Positions 1 to 10,410 of a stretch of DNA of 64,000 nucleotides are shown here, piece after piece. The position numbers were made by a program, and so were the translations under genes. The first letter of the stretch is position 1; each line of letters opens with the position of its first letter. This stretch comes from an uncultured Acidobacteriota bacterium. GTDB lineage: Bacteria > Acidobacteriota > UBA6911 > RPQK01 > JAPXNP01. The DNA is taken from assembly GCA_963777605.1 (NCBI GenBank), contig CAVZRV010000011.1, positions 288,001 through 352,000 of the forward strand. Reading direction: 5' to 3'. A model generated the notes under the pieces. It saw only the letters and a program-made list of their open reading frames with translations, ran no database searches and was not told the origin of the DNA.

Positions 1-1
1 C

Positions 2-1681
2 CGATTGCGCCGGATCTACGCCGTACAGCTCGAACATCAGATCATCCCAGTCGAGCCGGTCGCCGTCAGGTTCGTATTCCCATACTCCCACCCGGCTGGA
101 ACGTGCAGCCAGCCGGAGCCGTTCTTCACTTTCCCGAAGCGCCTCCTGGGCCTTCCTGCGCTCTGTGACATCCAGGAACATCGCGGCGATTTCCCCAGGC
201 CAGGTCTGGAACGCCGTGACCTGAAACGCTCCGCTGATCCCAGCGTCATCGTAGAGGACCTGCTCAGATTGCCAGGGTCTGCCTTTGATCGCGGTTTCCC
301 GGTAACCGTCTGGGACGTCGGTTTCGGCAATTCCCGGGAAAGCCTCCTCGATGGTCTTGCCGATGAACTGCGAGTTGTCCACACCGAGAATCCTGTCCGC
401 GGCCGGGTTCGCGCCGACGAAGACCAGACGATCATCATCCTGCAGTTGATAGAGGTGAACACCCAGGGGCGATGAACTCACGAAGTTCTGAATTCGGCGG
501 GTTGCCGATTTCACTTCATTTTCCGCACGGCGACGGCGACCGATGTTCACCGCAAGCAGAATAATGACCCCCGACTGCAATCCCAGGATTCCGAGGCCCA
601 GCCAGAAAAAGCGGGCGTATTCCGAGAAAAAGCTGGGGATCCGGTTCACAATTCGACTGTCTGGCGGAATCAGCGAAAGATCGATTCCGAAGTCCTCCAG
701 CCGATTGGCATCAAACACGTAGTGATTCTCCGAATCCTCGGCAATCGGAATCTCGCTGGGGAGTGTCCCTCCCAAGACGCGGAGGGCCAGTTGGCCCGCC
801 AGCTTTCCATGCTCGAAACCGCCATTCTCACTTCCGCCAACGATTCCCTGGCCCAAGTCACTGATCGACGGACTGTAAACCGGTGCCGGACTCGCTTCCG
901 CGATCAGGCGATGAGCGCGTTCTGCCGGGAAGTAGAGGTTCGAGGCGTCCCGCGTGAACCCGGTCGTGAGCACCAGGGAATCGGCGGGGACCGCTTCAAG
1001 TCTGGGGAGTATCTCGTCGAGGGTGAGTTTGCTGCCGTCGAGAAACTCGAACGGGAGTCCATCGCGCTCCCGGGCGACTCGCTCATAGGTGTCTCGTTGT
1101 TCACGACCAATGACCGAGTTATCGGAAATAACGACAACCCGTGAAGTTTCGGGATGGAGTTTCAAAGTGAGATCGAGGATGGGTTAACTGTCGAAAACTT
1201 CTTCCACTCCGGTATAGGATTGACGAGGAAGTTGCCGGATCAGGTTCAGGTCGTTGACTCCGCAGAACACGACCGGGACATCGCCGAACAGGGACTCGCG
1301 GTGACGAAGCAGGAACAGGAGAGCTGCATCATCGGTCGATATGATCAGGTCGAAACGCGTCGTTTGGTATTTCTCCGCAAGGTACGAAATCAGGTAATTC
1401 GAATCCTGGGTTTGAGACCGTTTAGCATCGAGGTACTCAGTCCAGACTTGGACCTCGGCCGGAAAGTCCTTCAGCGAGGAGAGAATGCTCGATACCAGGT
1501 CGTCGGTCCAGGGGTAGCCGACGTGATAGGAGTTGAGAAGCAGAACATTGCGCGGCCCTTGCTCCGGTTTCGGGGCGACGGAATCGCCCTCTCTTTGAAT
1601 TCCTGCTGAATTCAATACGCCAAACTTCAGGAACAAGATCAGTGCAAAGAACCAAAGGGCTGCAGGTTTGCCACTGCTCAT
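2..1681 (-). pseudogene. Membrane sensor (ABC-type substrate-binding-like domain + TM + PAS domains), probably a hybrid histidine kinase; in-frame TAA at 1184-1186; runs off the left end
   Basis: N-part VLLLNSYHVGYPWTDD...EYLDAKR reads through the stop in the same frame (EVFDS*PILDLTLKLHPETSRVVVISDN). It then has a TM helix (FFWLGLGILGLQSGVIILLAVNI) and PAS linkers (FLDVTERRKAQEALRESEERLRLA...VGVWEY). Confidence 0.8.
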
Positions 1682-1951
1682 GCTTGCGACCAATTATACG
1701 TTGCGCTGCCTGGGAAATGCCCCTTCTTTATTGAAAGGATTCAGGTTTTCAGAGACCAACGGTTGCCGATGGCTCCCGGCCCGGGCGAACGAGAGAAGAT
1801 GGGAACCCCACTGTCCGATGAGTGTTTCATCCCGTCAATTCGTACCAGACCATAAGAATTATCCTTTATCCTTAGCAGCTTAGAACGGAAATCGGTGCGT
1901 GTCACGGATTTCCTTCCCGGAACGCGAAGAGCAGAGTAGAATTGCGGAAAC

Positions 1952-3553
1952 ATGGAGTTGCTGGACGACCTGAGGCTTTATGCCCGCTTTGCCCGTGGCC
2001 TTCCGGGATTTCTTCGCAACCCGATCACCCAGAACGAGGCCGAGCAGACCGTAACCAGGCTGATTCGCACCCGCGAGGAGAACTTCCTCCGTCTGGTGAA
2101 GCGGGCTGTCTTCGGGAACCCCGGGAGTCCTTACCGGATCATGCTCGAAATGGCCTCGTGCGGATACGAGGACCTGGTCAAACTGGTTTCCTCCAAGGGG
2201 CTGGAAGAGGCGCTGAGCCAGTTGCGAGATGCCGGGGTCTACGTCACCTTCGAGGAATTCAAAGGACGCCAGCCGCTCGTGCGCAATGGGCGGGAAATTC
2301 CGGTCGGCGTCCGGGCCCGGGCATTCGACAACCCTCATCTCAGAAAACACTACTACTCCGAGAGCGGTGGATCCACGGGCGTCGGAACGCGGGTCGGTCA
2401 CGACCTCGAACACCTTTCTGTTGTCGCAGCCCACGAGATGCTTACCTACAACGCCCACGGCGTGCTGGATCTACCGAAAGCCCTTTGGAGAGGTGTGCTC
2501 CCGGATGGGAGCGGCATAGACAATGTGCTTCGGACCAACCGCTTTGGACATGGTCCCGAACGCTGGTTCACGCCGGTCATGCCGGGAGATCTCGGGCGAG
2601 GCCATTTCAAGTACAAACTGGCCACCTACTTCACAGTCCTCGTCGGACGGGCAGTCGGAGTCGCCATCCCCTGGCCCGAACCGGTCCATCTCGATCACGG
2701 CGAGGTAATCGCCGAATGGGCGGCTCAGACGATCCGGGAACGTGGTGGATGCCTGCTGTTGGCTCCGGTGAGCCGTGCGCTGCGGATCGGCCTTGCTGCC
2801 TACGAACGGGGATTGGACCTGAACGGCTGCGTTTTCCGCATTGCGGGTGAATCGGTCACTCCTGCCAAGGTCAAAGGGATCACGCGAACCGGAGCGCGCA
2901 TCTTCACGAGCTACGGGTTCTCCGAGGCCGGGCGCCTGGCCATGGGGTGTGCCAACCCATTCGATCACAATGACGTGCACCTGCTGAAGGGAATCTGTGC
3001 CGTAATCCAGCGGCCCCGCCGGGTCCCGGGCACCGAGATCGACGTCGATGCCTTCTACCTGACCTCCCTGATGCCGACAACTCCCCGGATCCTGTTGAAT
3101 ACGGAGATCGACGACTATGGAATCCTCGAAAAACGGGACTGCGGCTGCCCGCTCGGGAAACTCGGGCTGGATCTACACCTTCGGGAAATCCACAGTTTCT
3201 GTAAATTGACCGGCGAAGGGGTCACCTTGGTCGGCAGCGAGATGGTTCGGATCCTGGAAGAGGTGCTTCCAACAAAATTCGGAGGCAGTTCTCTCGACTA
3301 CCAGTTGATGGAGCAAGAGGACGAGAACGGGCTCACACGGATCAGCCTGCTGGTCCACCCGGGAGTCGGGGAGGTTGATGAGAGCCTCGTCGTTCAGACG
3401 GTACTTGAATCGCTTTCACGGAGCAGCGTCGCGGCCGGGGCGGCCAAGCGCATCTGGGGACAGGCGGGCACGCTGCGGGTTCGTCGTGAGGCGCCTATGT
3501 GGACTGCCCGCGGAAAGCTCATGACGCTCCACGTGGCCAAGCGACTGTCCTGA
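1952..3553 (+). CDS. Phenylacetate-CoA-ligase-like (PaaK/ANL superfamily) adenylate-forming protein
   Basis: 533 aa; ANL-like motifs SESGGSTG, SYGFSEAG, DDYG...CGC and C-terminal TARGKL. Confidence 0.65.
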   Translation: MELLDDLRLYARFARGLPGFLRNPITQNEAEQTVTRLIRTREENFLRLVKRAVFGNPGSPYRIMLEMASCGYEDLVKLVSSKGLEEALSQLRDAGVYVTFEEFKGRQPLVRNGREIPVGVRARAFDNPHLRKHYYSESGGSTGVGTRVGHDLEHLSVVAAHEMLTYNAHGVLDLPKALWRGVLPDGSGIDNVLRTNRFGHGPERWFTPVMPGDLGRGHFKYKLATYFTVLVGRAVGVAIPWPEPVHLDHGEVIAEWAAQTIRERGGCLLLAPVSRALRIGLAAYERGLDLNGCVFRIAGESVTPAKVKGITRTGARIFTSYGFSEAGRLAMGCANPFDHNDVHLLKGICAVIQRPRRVPGTEIDVDAFYLTSLMPTTPRILLNTEIDDYGILEKRDCGCPLGKLGLDLHLREIHSFCKLTGEGVTLVGSEMVRILEEVLPTKFGGSSLDYQLMEQEDENGLTRISLLVHPGVGEVDESLVVQTVLESLSRSSVAAGAAKRIWGQAGTLRVRREAPMWTARGKLMTLHVAKRLS

Positions 3554-3576
3554 CCACTTCGGCGGAAGGAAGCAGC

Positions 3577-4029
3577 CTATCCCGGCGGCCCGAAAAGCCA
3601 CCCTCCGTACAGAGTGACTCCCAGTCCCTTCTCAACCAAACCGGCGAGAAATCCCCAGAGGAGAACCGCGGCGAAAAGCGCGGTCGTCCAATTGGACCTT
3701 GCTCGAATACGGAGAAAGAGGCCAACAAAGAGCGACGAACCCCAACTGAAACCGGCCAGGAAGATTCCCATCACCAGCGCCAACAAGGACGCGAAGACTT
3801 CGACGACCTCTCCATTGGGGACCAGAAACCCTGGCTTGTGGGCGACGGCCGCTTGGCCCCGGCCGGACAACTCGCGCCAGAATTGGATCACGATCAGACC
3901 CAGGGTCAGCACCGACACCGGCGCAGGGAGGAATCGCCCGACCGGACTCAGCGCGACGCCAGAGACCAGAAAGAAGCCGGCGGACAATGCGAGTACGACA
4001 GTCATCGGCCTGATTCGGGCCCCGCTCAC
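3577..4029 (-). CDS. tctB: Tripartite tricarboxylate transporter small subunit (TctB family)
   Basis: GTG start overlaps the tctA stop (GTGA); about 150 aa with 4 hydrophobic segments; ends GLGVTLYGG. Confidence 0.7.
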   Translation of the reverse strand: MSGARIRPMTVVLALSAGFFLVSGVALSPVGRFLPAPVSVLTLGLIVIQFWRELSGRGQAAVAHKPGFLVPNGEVVEVFASLLALVMGIFLAGFSWGSSLFVGLFLRIRARSNWTTALFAAVLLWGFLAGLVEKGLGVTLYGGWLFGPPG

Positions 4030-5534
4030 GGACGCTCCTTTCTTCGCTCGCGTCCGCCGTAAGCGGCAAGAAGAAGGCTCGCGAGAAACAACCCGAGGAG
4101 TACCAGGAGGATGGGACGGTTCAGAAAACTGATCCGGTCCAAGCTGTAAAGGCTGGCCGTAATGTGAAAGTACCGCTCCAGGTGAGGTCCAAGAACGAAG
4201 GCGATCACCAGTGGGATCCGCGGCCAATTCTCCCGCTTGCAGAAATAGCCAAAGATACCGAATGTTACCGCCGTGAGAATGTCTGCAAATTCACCCTGAT
4301 TCAGGTAAGCACCGAGCAGTGAGAGCACGAGCATGAAGGGCACCAAGGCCTGGGTCGGAAGGACCGTAACCCGGACAAGCGGGTTGACCATGGCCACGCC
4401 GATCAGCGACGTCAGCCAGTTCGAGAGGAAGAGCGACCAGACCAGAACGAAAACGAGGCTCAAATCGGACGTGAGCAGTTCCTTCCCCGGCACCATTCCA
4501 TGTAGGGTCAGTGCGACAAGGAGAAGGGCGGTGCCCCCTCCACCCGGGATCCCAAATGCCAGCGTAGGCACAAGTGCCCCGGCATCTTTAGCGTCGTTCG
4601 CAGCTTCAGACGCGAGTACTCCGCGGATGTCGCCTTCACCAAAACGGGAGGGTTGAGAAGCGGTCTGCATCGCGTGGCCGTAGGCCACAAAACTGGCCAC
4701 GGTGCCGCCAATCCCTGGAATCATTCCGACGATAGTTCCGATTACCGAGCTTCTGAGAAAGAGGCCAAAGTTCCGAAAGACCGCGAGCATTCCCTCTATC
4801 AGGCTGCCCCCCAGTTCTTCGATCTGTTCCTTGCCCGAAATCGTCCTCCGTCCCGAGGCGGCCAGGAAGATGGTCTCGGCGATCGCAAAAACCCCCAGAA
4901 AGAAGGGGATCATGCCGATCCCGTCCTGGAGGTAGAGGCTTCCGAAGGTAAAGCGGGCCTCAGCCGTACGTGGGTCGAGTCCAACCGTCGAAAGCAGAAA
5001 GCCCAGGCCGACCATCGCGAGACTCTTGATGAACGAGCCCCGGCTGGCGAAAGCCAGCGTCACCATGCCCCAGATAATCAACACCAGAAACTCAGGAGGA
5101 CCGACACTGAGGACAACATCCCCAAAGAAAGGGATCAGAATGATCAGAACCAGAATGCCGAAGCTCGATCCGAGCGCCGAGGAGAGTGCCGAACAGGCGA
5201 TCGCCGTCTTGGCATGTCCCATCCTCGCCAGGGCGTGACCGTCCAGAACGGTTGCGGCGTTGGATGCTTTTCCCGGGATGTTGACCAGGATGGCCGTGAC
5301 CGATCCCATAAAGGTGGCACCGCCGAGCAACGCCCCGAAAAGCAGCATGATGGGCACCGGTTCCCAGGAGAGCGTGAACGGGATCGTTAGAGCCATCAGG
5401 GTCAGTCCACTGACACCCGGCATCATTGCCACTCCCATCGCAAGGACTGTCCCCAGCACCGGGTAGAGAATGTTGGGCCAACTGAATACGACGGCAAAAC
5501 CGTCCCAGGCGGCCTGGAGGATCGGATCCATCAT
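4026..5534 (-). CDS. tctA: Tripartite tricarboxylate transporter permease TctA
   Basis: 502 aa, polytopic; TctA signatures AILVNIPG...AATVLDGH, GMIPGIG, ASEAANDA...LVPTLAFGIPG. Confidence 0.92.
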   Translation of the reverse strand: MMDPILQAAWDGFAVVFSWPNILYPVLGTVLAMGVAMMPGVSGLTLMALTIPFTLSWEPVPIMLLFGALLGGATFMGSVTAILVNIPGKASNAATVLDGHALARMGHAKTAIACSALSSALGSSFGILVLIILIPFFGDVVLSVGPPEFLVLIIWGMVTLAFASRGSFIKSLAMVGLGFLLSTVGLDPRTAEARFTFGSLYLQDGIGMIPFFLGVFAIAETIFLAASGRRTISGKEQIEELGGSLIEGMLAVFRNFGLFLRSSVIGTIVGMIPGIGGTVASFVAYGHAMQTASQPSRFGEGDIRGVLASEAANDAKDAGALVPTLAFGIPGGGGTALLLVALTLHGMVPGKELLTSDLSLVFVLVWSLFLSNWLTSLIGVAMVNPLVRVTVLPTQALVPFMLVLSLLGAYLNQGEFADILTAVTFGIFGYFCKRENWPRIPLVIAFVLGPHLERYFHITASLYSLDRISFLNRPILLVLLGLFLASLLLAAYGGRERRKERP

Positions 5535-6661
5535 GCCCCCCCCGAACGCGGCGGCGGTCTCAGACCACGGACCTGGTCCAGTGCCGCCGCCAAAACGGGA
5601 AGAAAGCGGTCAACTCTCTCTCGAGCATCCACGATATCGGCACGGGCCTCGGCGCCCGTGCCGATATCGATCGAGCGATCCCCCTTCTGCACGACCCCGA
5701 GAAAACCCGAATCTCGAAGCGTCTCGAGTAATTGTGCTTCGAGACAGTCCCTGAGATCCGAGGAAAGGCCTGCGGGACCCGCAATGACCCGCCCTGCCCC
5801 GATCAACCGAATCAAGGCTCGACCGTCCCTGAGCAACTGCTGCCGGTCAACCCGCGGATTTACCGGGCGGGTGGCCAAGACTCCCGAACTACCTCCAAGG
5901 ACAGGCAGATCGGGGGGAACGCCGTCCAGGCCGTGGGTGTCGTCGTCGATTAACAAGATTGGATTGAGCTCGCGGTTCCCAATGCGGTCAGCGAGTGATT
6001 CCCAGCTCAAGGCAACCAGATCAACTTCTCCTCGAATCGCCGCAAGGCTCGTCTCTCGGCTGCCCCCGTAGCCCGAAACGAAAACAACATCGACTCCGAG
6101 CAAGTGAGAGGTTACCGCGGCGTCAATGAAACTGACACCCCCAACATTGTTCAACCCGAAAACCAGCGGCCGACGCCGGGCGATGTCGAGAGCCGCATCG
6201 ATATTACTGATTTGGGACCTGGATCCCGACACCCAGACATGACGGCTCCGGGCGATCCGGCACAGGAACTCGAAGTCGGCAAGCGGGTCCGGACAGCCTG
6301 GAGTCCCGCTCAAGAAGGCTGCCAGTAGTCCCGGCGCGCTCATGATTCCCAGAGTCATGCCGTCAGGAGGAGCCATTTTAAGGCTCCGGGCACCAACGAT
6401 TCCGCTGGCTCCCGGAATGTTGTGAGGACGCATCACCAGCCCGAACCGGCGCTCCAGGAAGGGCTGCAACATCCGGGAGAACGTGTCTGAACTGCCGCCG
6501 ACCGCGTTCGGAATAATCCAGCGCAGGGACCGAGACTCGGGAAGCCCGCATGGACGAGGCGCACCTGCCCATCCCGAAACGGGCCGGGGGACAGTCCCCA
6601 GCACCGCAAAACATGGCACCACCATGGAAAGGAAGCGCCGCCGATCTGTTCGGGACTCCAT
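5531..6661 (-). CDS. tctC: Bug/TctC-family substrate-binding protein with Tat-like signal
   Basis: WIIPNAVGGSSDTFSR, NIPGASGIVG, APPDGMTLG, GYGGS...AAIRGEVD; RRRFL after the Met at 6661; directly upstream of tctA. Confidence 0.8.
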   Translation of the reverse strand: MESRTDRRRFLSMVVPCFAVLGTVPRPVSGWAGAPRPCGLPESRSLRWIIPNAVGGSSDTFSRMLQPFLERRFGLVMRPHNIPGASGIVGARSLKMAPPDGMTLGIMSAPGLLAAFLSGTPGCPDPLADFEFLCRIARSRHVWVSGSRSQISNIDAALDIARRRPLVFGLNNVGGVSFIDAAVTSHLLGVDVVFVSGYGGSRETSLAAIRGEVDLVALSWESLADRIGNRELNPILLIDDDTHGLDGVPPDLPVLGGSSGVLATRPVNPRVDRQQLLRDGRALIRLIGAGRVIAGPAGLSSDLRDCLEAQLLETLRDSGFLGVVQKGDRSIDIGTGAEARADIVDARERVDRFLPVLAAALDQVRGLRPPPRSGGA

Positions 6662-6798
6662 TCTGTCGATCACCTTCCAGCAGGCCTCCCAGTCAGGCAT
6701 GGTCAAAAGCGGTGGTTTCCGGTCGATGCCCCACAAGTCGTCATATTCTAGCGGCTTCCACTCCGGCGGTTCCAGCACACGAGGATCTATTCCGGGGC

Positions 6799-6827
6799 TT
6801 GCAATTTTCCGTTGCGCCGACCAGAAT
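6799..6827 (+). promoter_or_regulatory. Putative sigma70 promoter of the TonB receptor gene
   Basis: TTGCAA-N17-CAGAAT. Confidence 0.4.
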
Positions 6828-6921
6828 GGCCCCCAAAATCCATCGTGCCGGGTACGAGCGGAGGCGCTGAGCGTCCGGCTCCATCAGCTCAGCCTGCGCA
6901 GGTGGTGAAGAACATCAAATT

Positions 6922-9900
6922 ATGAGTCGATTTTGCGCGGGTGCCTGCCGCCTCCTAATTACCTGCACCCTTCTCATTTCTACGGCTGACGCCCAGCGAG
7001 CCAGCGGAAGTATTTCGGGAACTGTCCTCGATTCCGACGGCCGCCGCGTTCTGGAAGCGGCTGTAACGCTGAACAGCGCGGCAACGGGAAGGGTCTGGCA
7101 CACGCGCGGCAACGAACTGGGAGTTTACCGGTTCGCGGGCCTCGAGCCCGGAACCTACGAGTTGAAGGCCAACTTTCAGGAACTCACTTCCGGAACCATT
7201 ACCGGAGTGACCCTTGACGTCGCCCAGGAGTTGATCCTGGACCTGACTCTAAAGATGGGCCTGACGTCACAGGACGTTTCCGTTTACGCTGACACTCCCG
7301 TTACCGACGTTGGATCGATGACCCTGAGTCGGGTGATCACGGGCCCCGAAGCGACTGAACTACCCTTGAACGGCCGCGACTTGACTCAACTCGCGCTGCT
7401 CGTTCCCGGCGTTCTGGAAAGCCGGGGGAGCACCCGGGACATCAACGTGGGCTTCGGTAAGAAGATCTCGATTTCGGGCTCCCGACCCAACCAAAACCTG
7501 TTCACGATTGACGGCACCGATTCGGGAGACTCGCTCAACAACACCCCGGCTGGAGCCAACGGACAGTTGACCGGGGTAGAGACGATCCGGGAATTCCGGG
7601 TTGCCACCAACACGTTGAGCGCGGAGTACGGCCGAGCAGCCGGGGGAGTAATCAACATCGTTACCCGTTCGGGATCGAATGACCTGAACGGATCGATCTT
7701 CTACTTTCACCGAAATGACAACCTGGATGCCCGCAGCTTCTTCGACACTGCCAAACCGGAGTTCCGAAGGCATCAGTTCGGTGGGTCCGCAGGCTTTCCC
7801 CTGGTCAAAGACCGGACTTTCGTCTTCGGCAGCTACGAGGGTTTGCGAGAATCCAGGGGAGTCACGCAACTGGCTTACGTTCCCGACAAAGAGGTGCTGC
7901 AAGCGGCAGCCGGCGACTCGATCTTTTTTCCGGCTGCCGATCGGAGCGTGAACCTTAGCTCCACAGTCGCCCCCCTCCTGCGACTATACCCGCTACCGAC
8001 CGGGCCAGAAGTCGTTCCGGGTAGCCACATCGCGGAGTACCGGGGAATCCTCGACCGCCGGGCCAACGAGGACTTCGCCAATTTCCGTGTTGATCACGTC
8101 CTGTCTGAATCAGACGCGCTGTTTGGGCGCTACCTCTACTCCGGATCGACCTACGTTCTTCCGGTGCTGTATCCGGACTATCCCAATCTGGCGACCAACG
8201 CACGTCACCTGTTCACTGTTGCCGAAACCCACAGTGGGAGTTCGGGCTCGGTCAACGAGTTTCTGTTGGGATTCAACCGAAGCGCTCCCGAAGAGCAGGT
8301 GCCCCAACCTCCGTCTGATCGAAATATCCCCTTCATAGCCGGGCGCGAACTGGGTTCCCTTCGAGTCACCGCCGGAAGCGGCCTCCCTGCTCTGACCGAG
8401 GTGGGAACCGACCGGACCGACCCCAAGTCGTTCCACAACCAAACTCTCCAAGTGAGCGACAACCTGTCGCTGGTGCGAAGCAACCACACTCTCAAGGTCG
8501 GATTACTCTTCGAGCGCTTCCACTACGACGGACTGTCGGAAAGCCGTACCCGGGGACGCCTCGAGTTTCGCAACCTGATTGACATGCTTGGCGACGAGCC
8601 GCGTCGGATTGAGGGAGCTTCCGCCCGATCCGACTTTGAACGGCGCTTTCGACAGTCCCTTTTCGGGGCTTACCTGCAGGACGACTTCAGGGTGAGCCCG
8701 ACGCTGACCCTGTTCGGCGGAGTTCGTTGGGAATTCGTGACGACGCCTCGGGAAGTCGAGGGGCGTGTTTCCAACTTGACCGACTACCTCGATCCCGAGG
8801 CCGTTCTGGTTGTGGCGGAAGAACGCTATGCCGATCCCCAAGCTGCGCTGCCGCGTGTTTGCTGCCGGGAGCTGTTCGATAACCCAACCCTCGGCAACGT
8901 CTCCCCTAGAGTCGGGTTCGCCTGGGACTTCCTCGGCACTCGCATGACAGTCCTTCGAGGCGGGTTCGGGATCTTCCACGATCAGCCGCTGTTCCATATC
9001 TACCGCAGCCAGGTGTTCCGGTCCCTCCCATTTGTCGAAACGACCTACCTGAATGCCGGAGAGTGGCCCGGGGGTGCCACGGTAGCCTCGTTGCCTCTGG
9101 ATCCCAGCCTCTTTTCGTCACCCTCCGGAGCCCAGGACACCGAGGCGATCCAGTATGGGCTGCGAAGCAGCTATGTGATGCAGTACAACCTCAATCTCCA
9201 GCGTGCACTGGGACGACTCGCGAGCCTCAGCGTCGCCTACGTCGGAAGCCGGGGAGTCAACCTGTTCGGCCGGGCCGACACCAACCTGGCGTTACGAGAG
9301 ACGCTTCCGGACGGTACGATTTACTTTCCGAGCAACGAGCGCCAGAACTCGAATTTTGGCTCGGTAAGGACCCTCTTCCAGGGCATCAACTCATGGTACA
9401 ACTCGCTCCAGGTCCAGTTCGGACGACGATTCGAGCGGGGCATCGGTTTCTGGTCCAGCTACACCTTTTCGCGATGCCTGGACGAAGCCTCAGGGACCGG
9501 GGGCAGGCAGGAACAACAATTCGGCCAGACTCGGCCCCTTGATCCGTTCGATCTTGCCCGCGACAAAGGGCTGTGCGATTACAACGTCCAGCAAAACTTC
9601 GTTCTGAGTCACCTGGTCTCCCTTCCTTTCGGGAATGGACTCAGCGGCATATCCAGGGTCTTACTGGCCGACTGGAACCTGAACGGGATCCTCCACCTGG
9701 CATCGGGGATCCCTTTCACGCCGTCGATCGAAGGCGACCCGGACAATGACGGCAGCGAAGACAATGGGGCTCGGCCCAACCTGGTCGGGGACCCCATGTC
9801 GGGTTCGTGCCCTCTGGGTGGCCAAGTGGGCACGGCGGACTGTTGGTTCAATCCGTCAGCGTTCGCGTTTCCAGGCAAGGGTTTTCGCGGCAACCTCGGC

Positions 9901-10173
9901 CGAAACACCCTGATTGGCCCGGGACTGGCTTCGTACGACATGGCCCTCTCGAAACGACTTCCACTGGCCGGCGAATTTCAGCTGGAGGTTCGGCTGGAAG
10001 CCTTCAACCTCTTCAACCACACTAATCTCAACCCGCCGAGCAACAGCGAGGATGGATCGCAGATCTTTTCGGAAGACGGGACCCTGGATCCGACCGGAGC
10101 CATCATCCGCGCTCGCTCGGGCACCTCGACCGGGCCAAGGGAACTGCAATTCGGCCTCCGCCTCATCTTCTGA
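6922..10173 (+). CDS. TonB-dependent receptor with N-terminal carboxypeptidase-regulatory-like domain (Oar-like)
   Basis: 1083 aa; signal peptide, GSISGTVLD, LPLNGRD, SAEYGRAAGGVINIVTRSGSN, YLQDDFRV, C-terminal QFGLRLIF. Confidence 0.92.
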   Translation: MSRFCAGACRLLITCTLLISTADAQRASGSISGTVLDSDGRRVLEAAVTLNSAATGRVWHTRGNELGVYRFAGLEPGTYELKANFQELTSGTITGVTLDVAQELILDLTLKMGLTSQDVSVYADTPVTDVGSMTLSRVITGPEATELPLNGRDLTQLALLVPGVLESRGSTRDINVGFGKKISISGSRPNQNLFTIDGTDSGDSLNNTPAGANGQLTGVETIREFRVATNTLSAEYGRAAGGVINIVTRSGSNDLNGSIFYFHRNDNLDARSFFDTAKPEFRRHQFGGSAGFPLVKDRTFVFGSYEGLRESRGVTQLAYVPDKEVLQAAAGDSIFFPAADRSVNLSSTVAPLLRLYPLPTGPEVVPGSHIAEYRGILDRRANEDFANFRVDHVLSESDALFGRYLYSGSTYVLPVLYPDYPNLATNARHLFTVAETHSGSSGSVNEFLLGFNRSAPEEQVPQPPSDRNIPFIAGRELGSLRVTAGSGLPALTEVGTDRTDPKSFHNQTLQVSDNLSLVRSNHTLKVGLLFERFHYDGLSESRTRGRLEFRNLIDMLGDEPRRIEGASARSDFERRFRQSLFGAYLQDDFRVSPTLTLFGGVRWEFVTTPREVEGRVSNLTDYLDPEAVLVVAEERYADPQAALPRVCCRELFDNPTLGNVSPRVGFAWDFLGTRMTVLRGGFGIFHDQPLFHIYRSQVFRSLPFVETTYLNAGEWPGGATVASLPLDPSLFSSPSGAQDTEAIQYGLRSSYVMQYNLNLQRALGRLASLSVAYVGSRGVNLFGRADTNLALRETLPDGTIYFPSNERQNSNFGSVRTLFQGINSWYNSLQVQFGRRFERGIGFWSSYTFSRCLDEASGTGGRQEQQFGQTRPLDPFDLARDKGLCDYNVQQNFVLSHLVSLPFGNGLSGISRVLLADWNLNGILHLASGIPFTPSIEGDPDNDGSEDNGARPNLVGDPMSGSCPLGGQVGTADCWFNPSAFAFPGKGFRGNLGRNTLIGPGLASYDMALSKRLPLAGEFQLEVRLEAFNLFNHTNLNPPSNSEDGSQIFSEDGTLDPTGAIIRARSGTSTGPRELQFGLRLIF

Positions 10174-10290
10174 AACTTCAATCTGGATGAGTTGAACGAC
10201 CTGGACGATATGGACGCGTCTGAACGGAGATTCGGGCGAGCGGTAGAACTCAGAAGCCGTGGCTCTCGGCTGGATCCTGGATACCCCGAT

Positions 10291-10316
10291 TTCAGAACGC
10301 GAGTGTCAGCGAGCGC
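10291..10316 (+). repeat. REP-like element, left arm of an inverted pair
   Basis: TTCAGAACGCGAGTGTCAGCGAGCGC is 25/26 identical to the reverse complement of 12267-12292. Confidence 0.75.
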
Positions 10317-10410
10317 GGCTCCGGACGATGGTAAGTCACCGAAGTGCTGCCGGAGGCCGGAACCGCGGGATGGAGTCAAGATCCAGGATTGGCAATGGAT
10401 GAGAGTTCGG

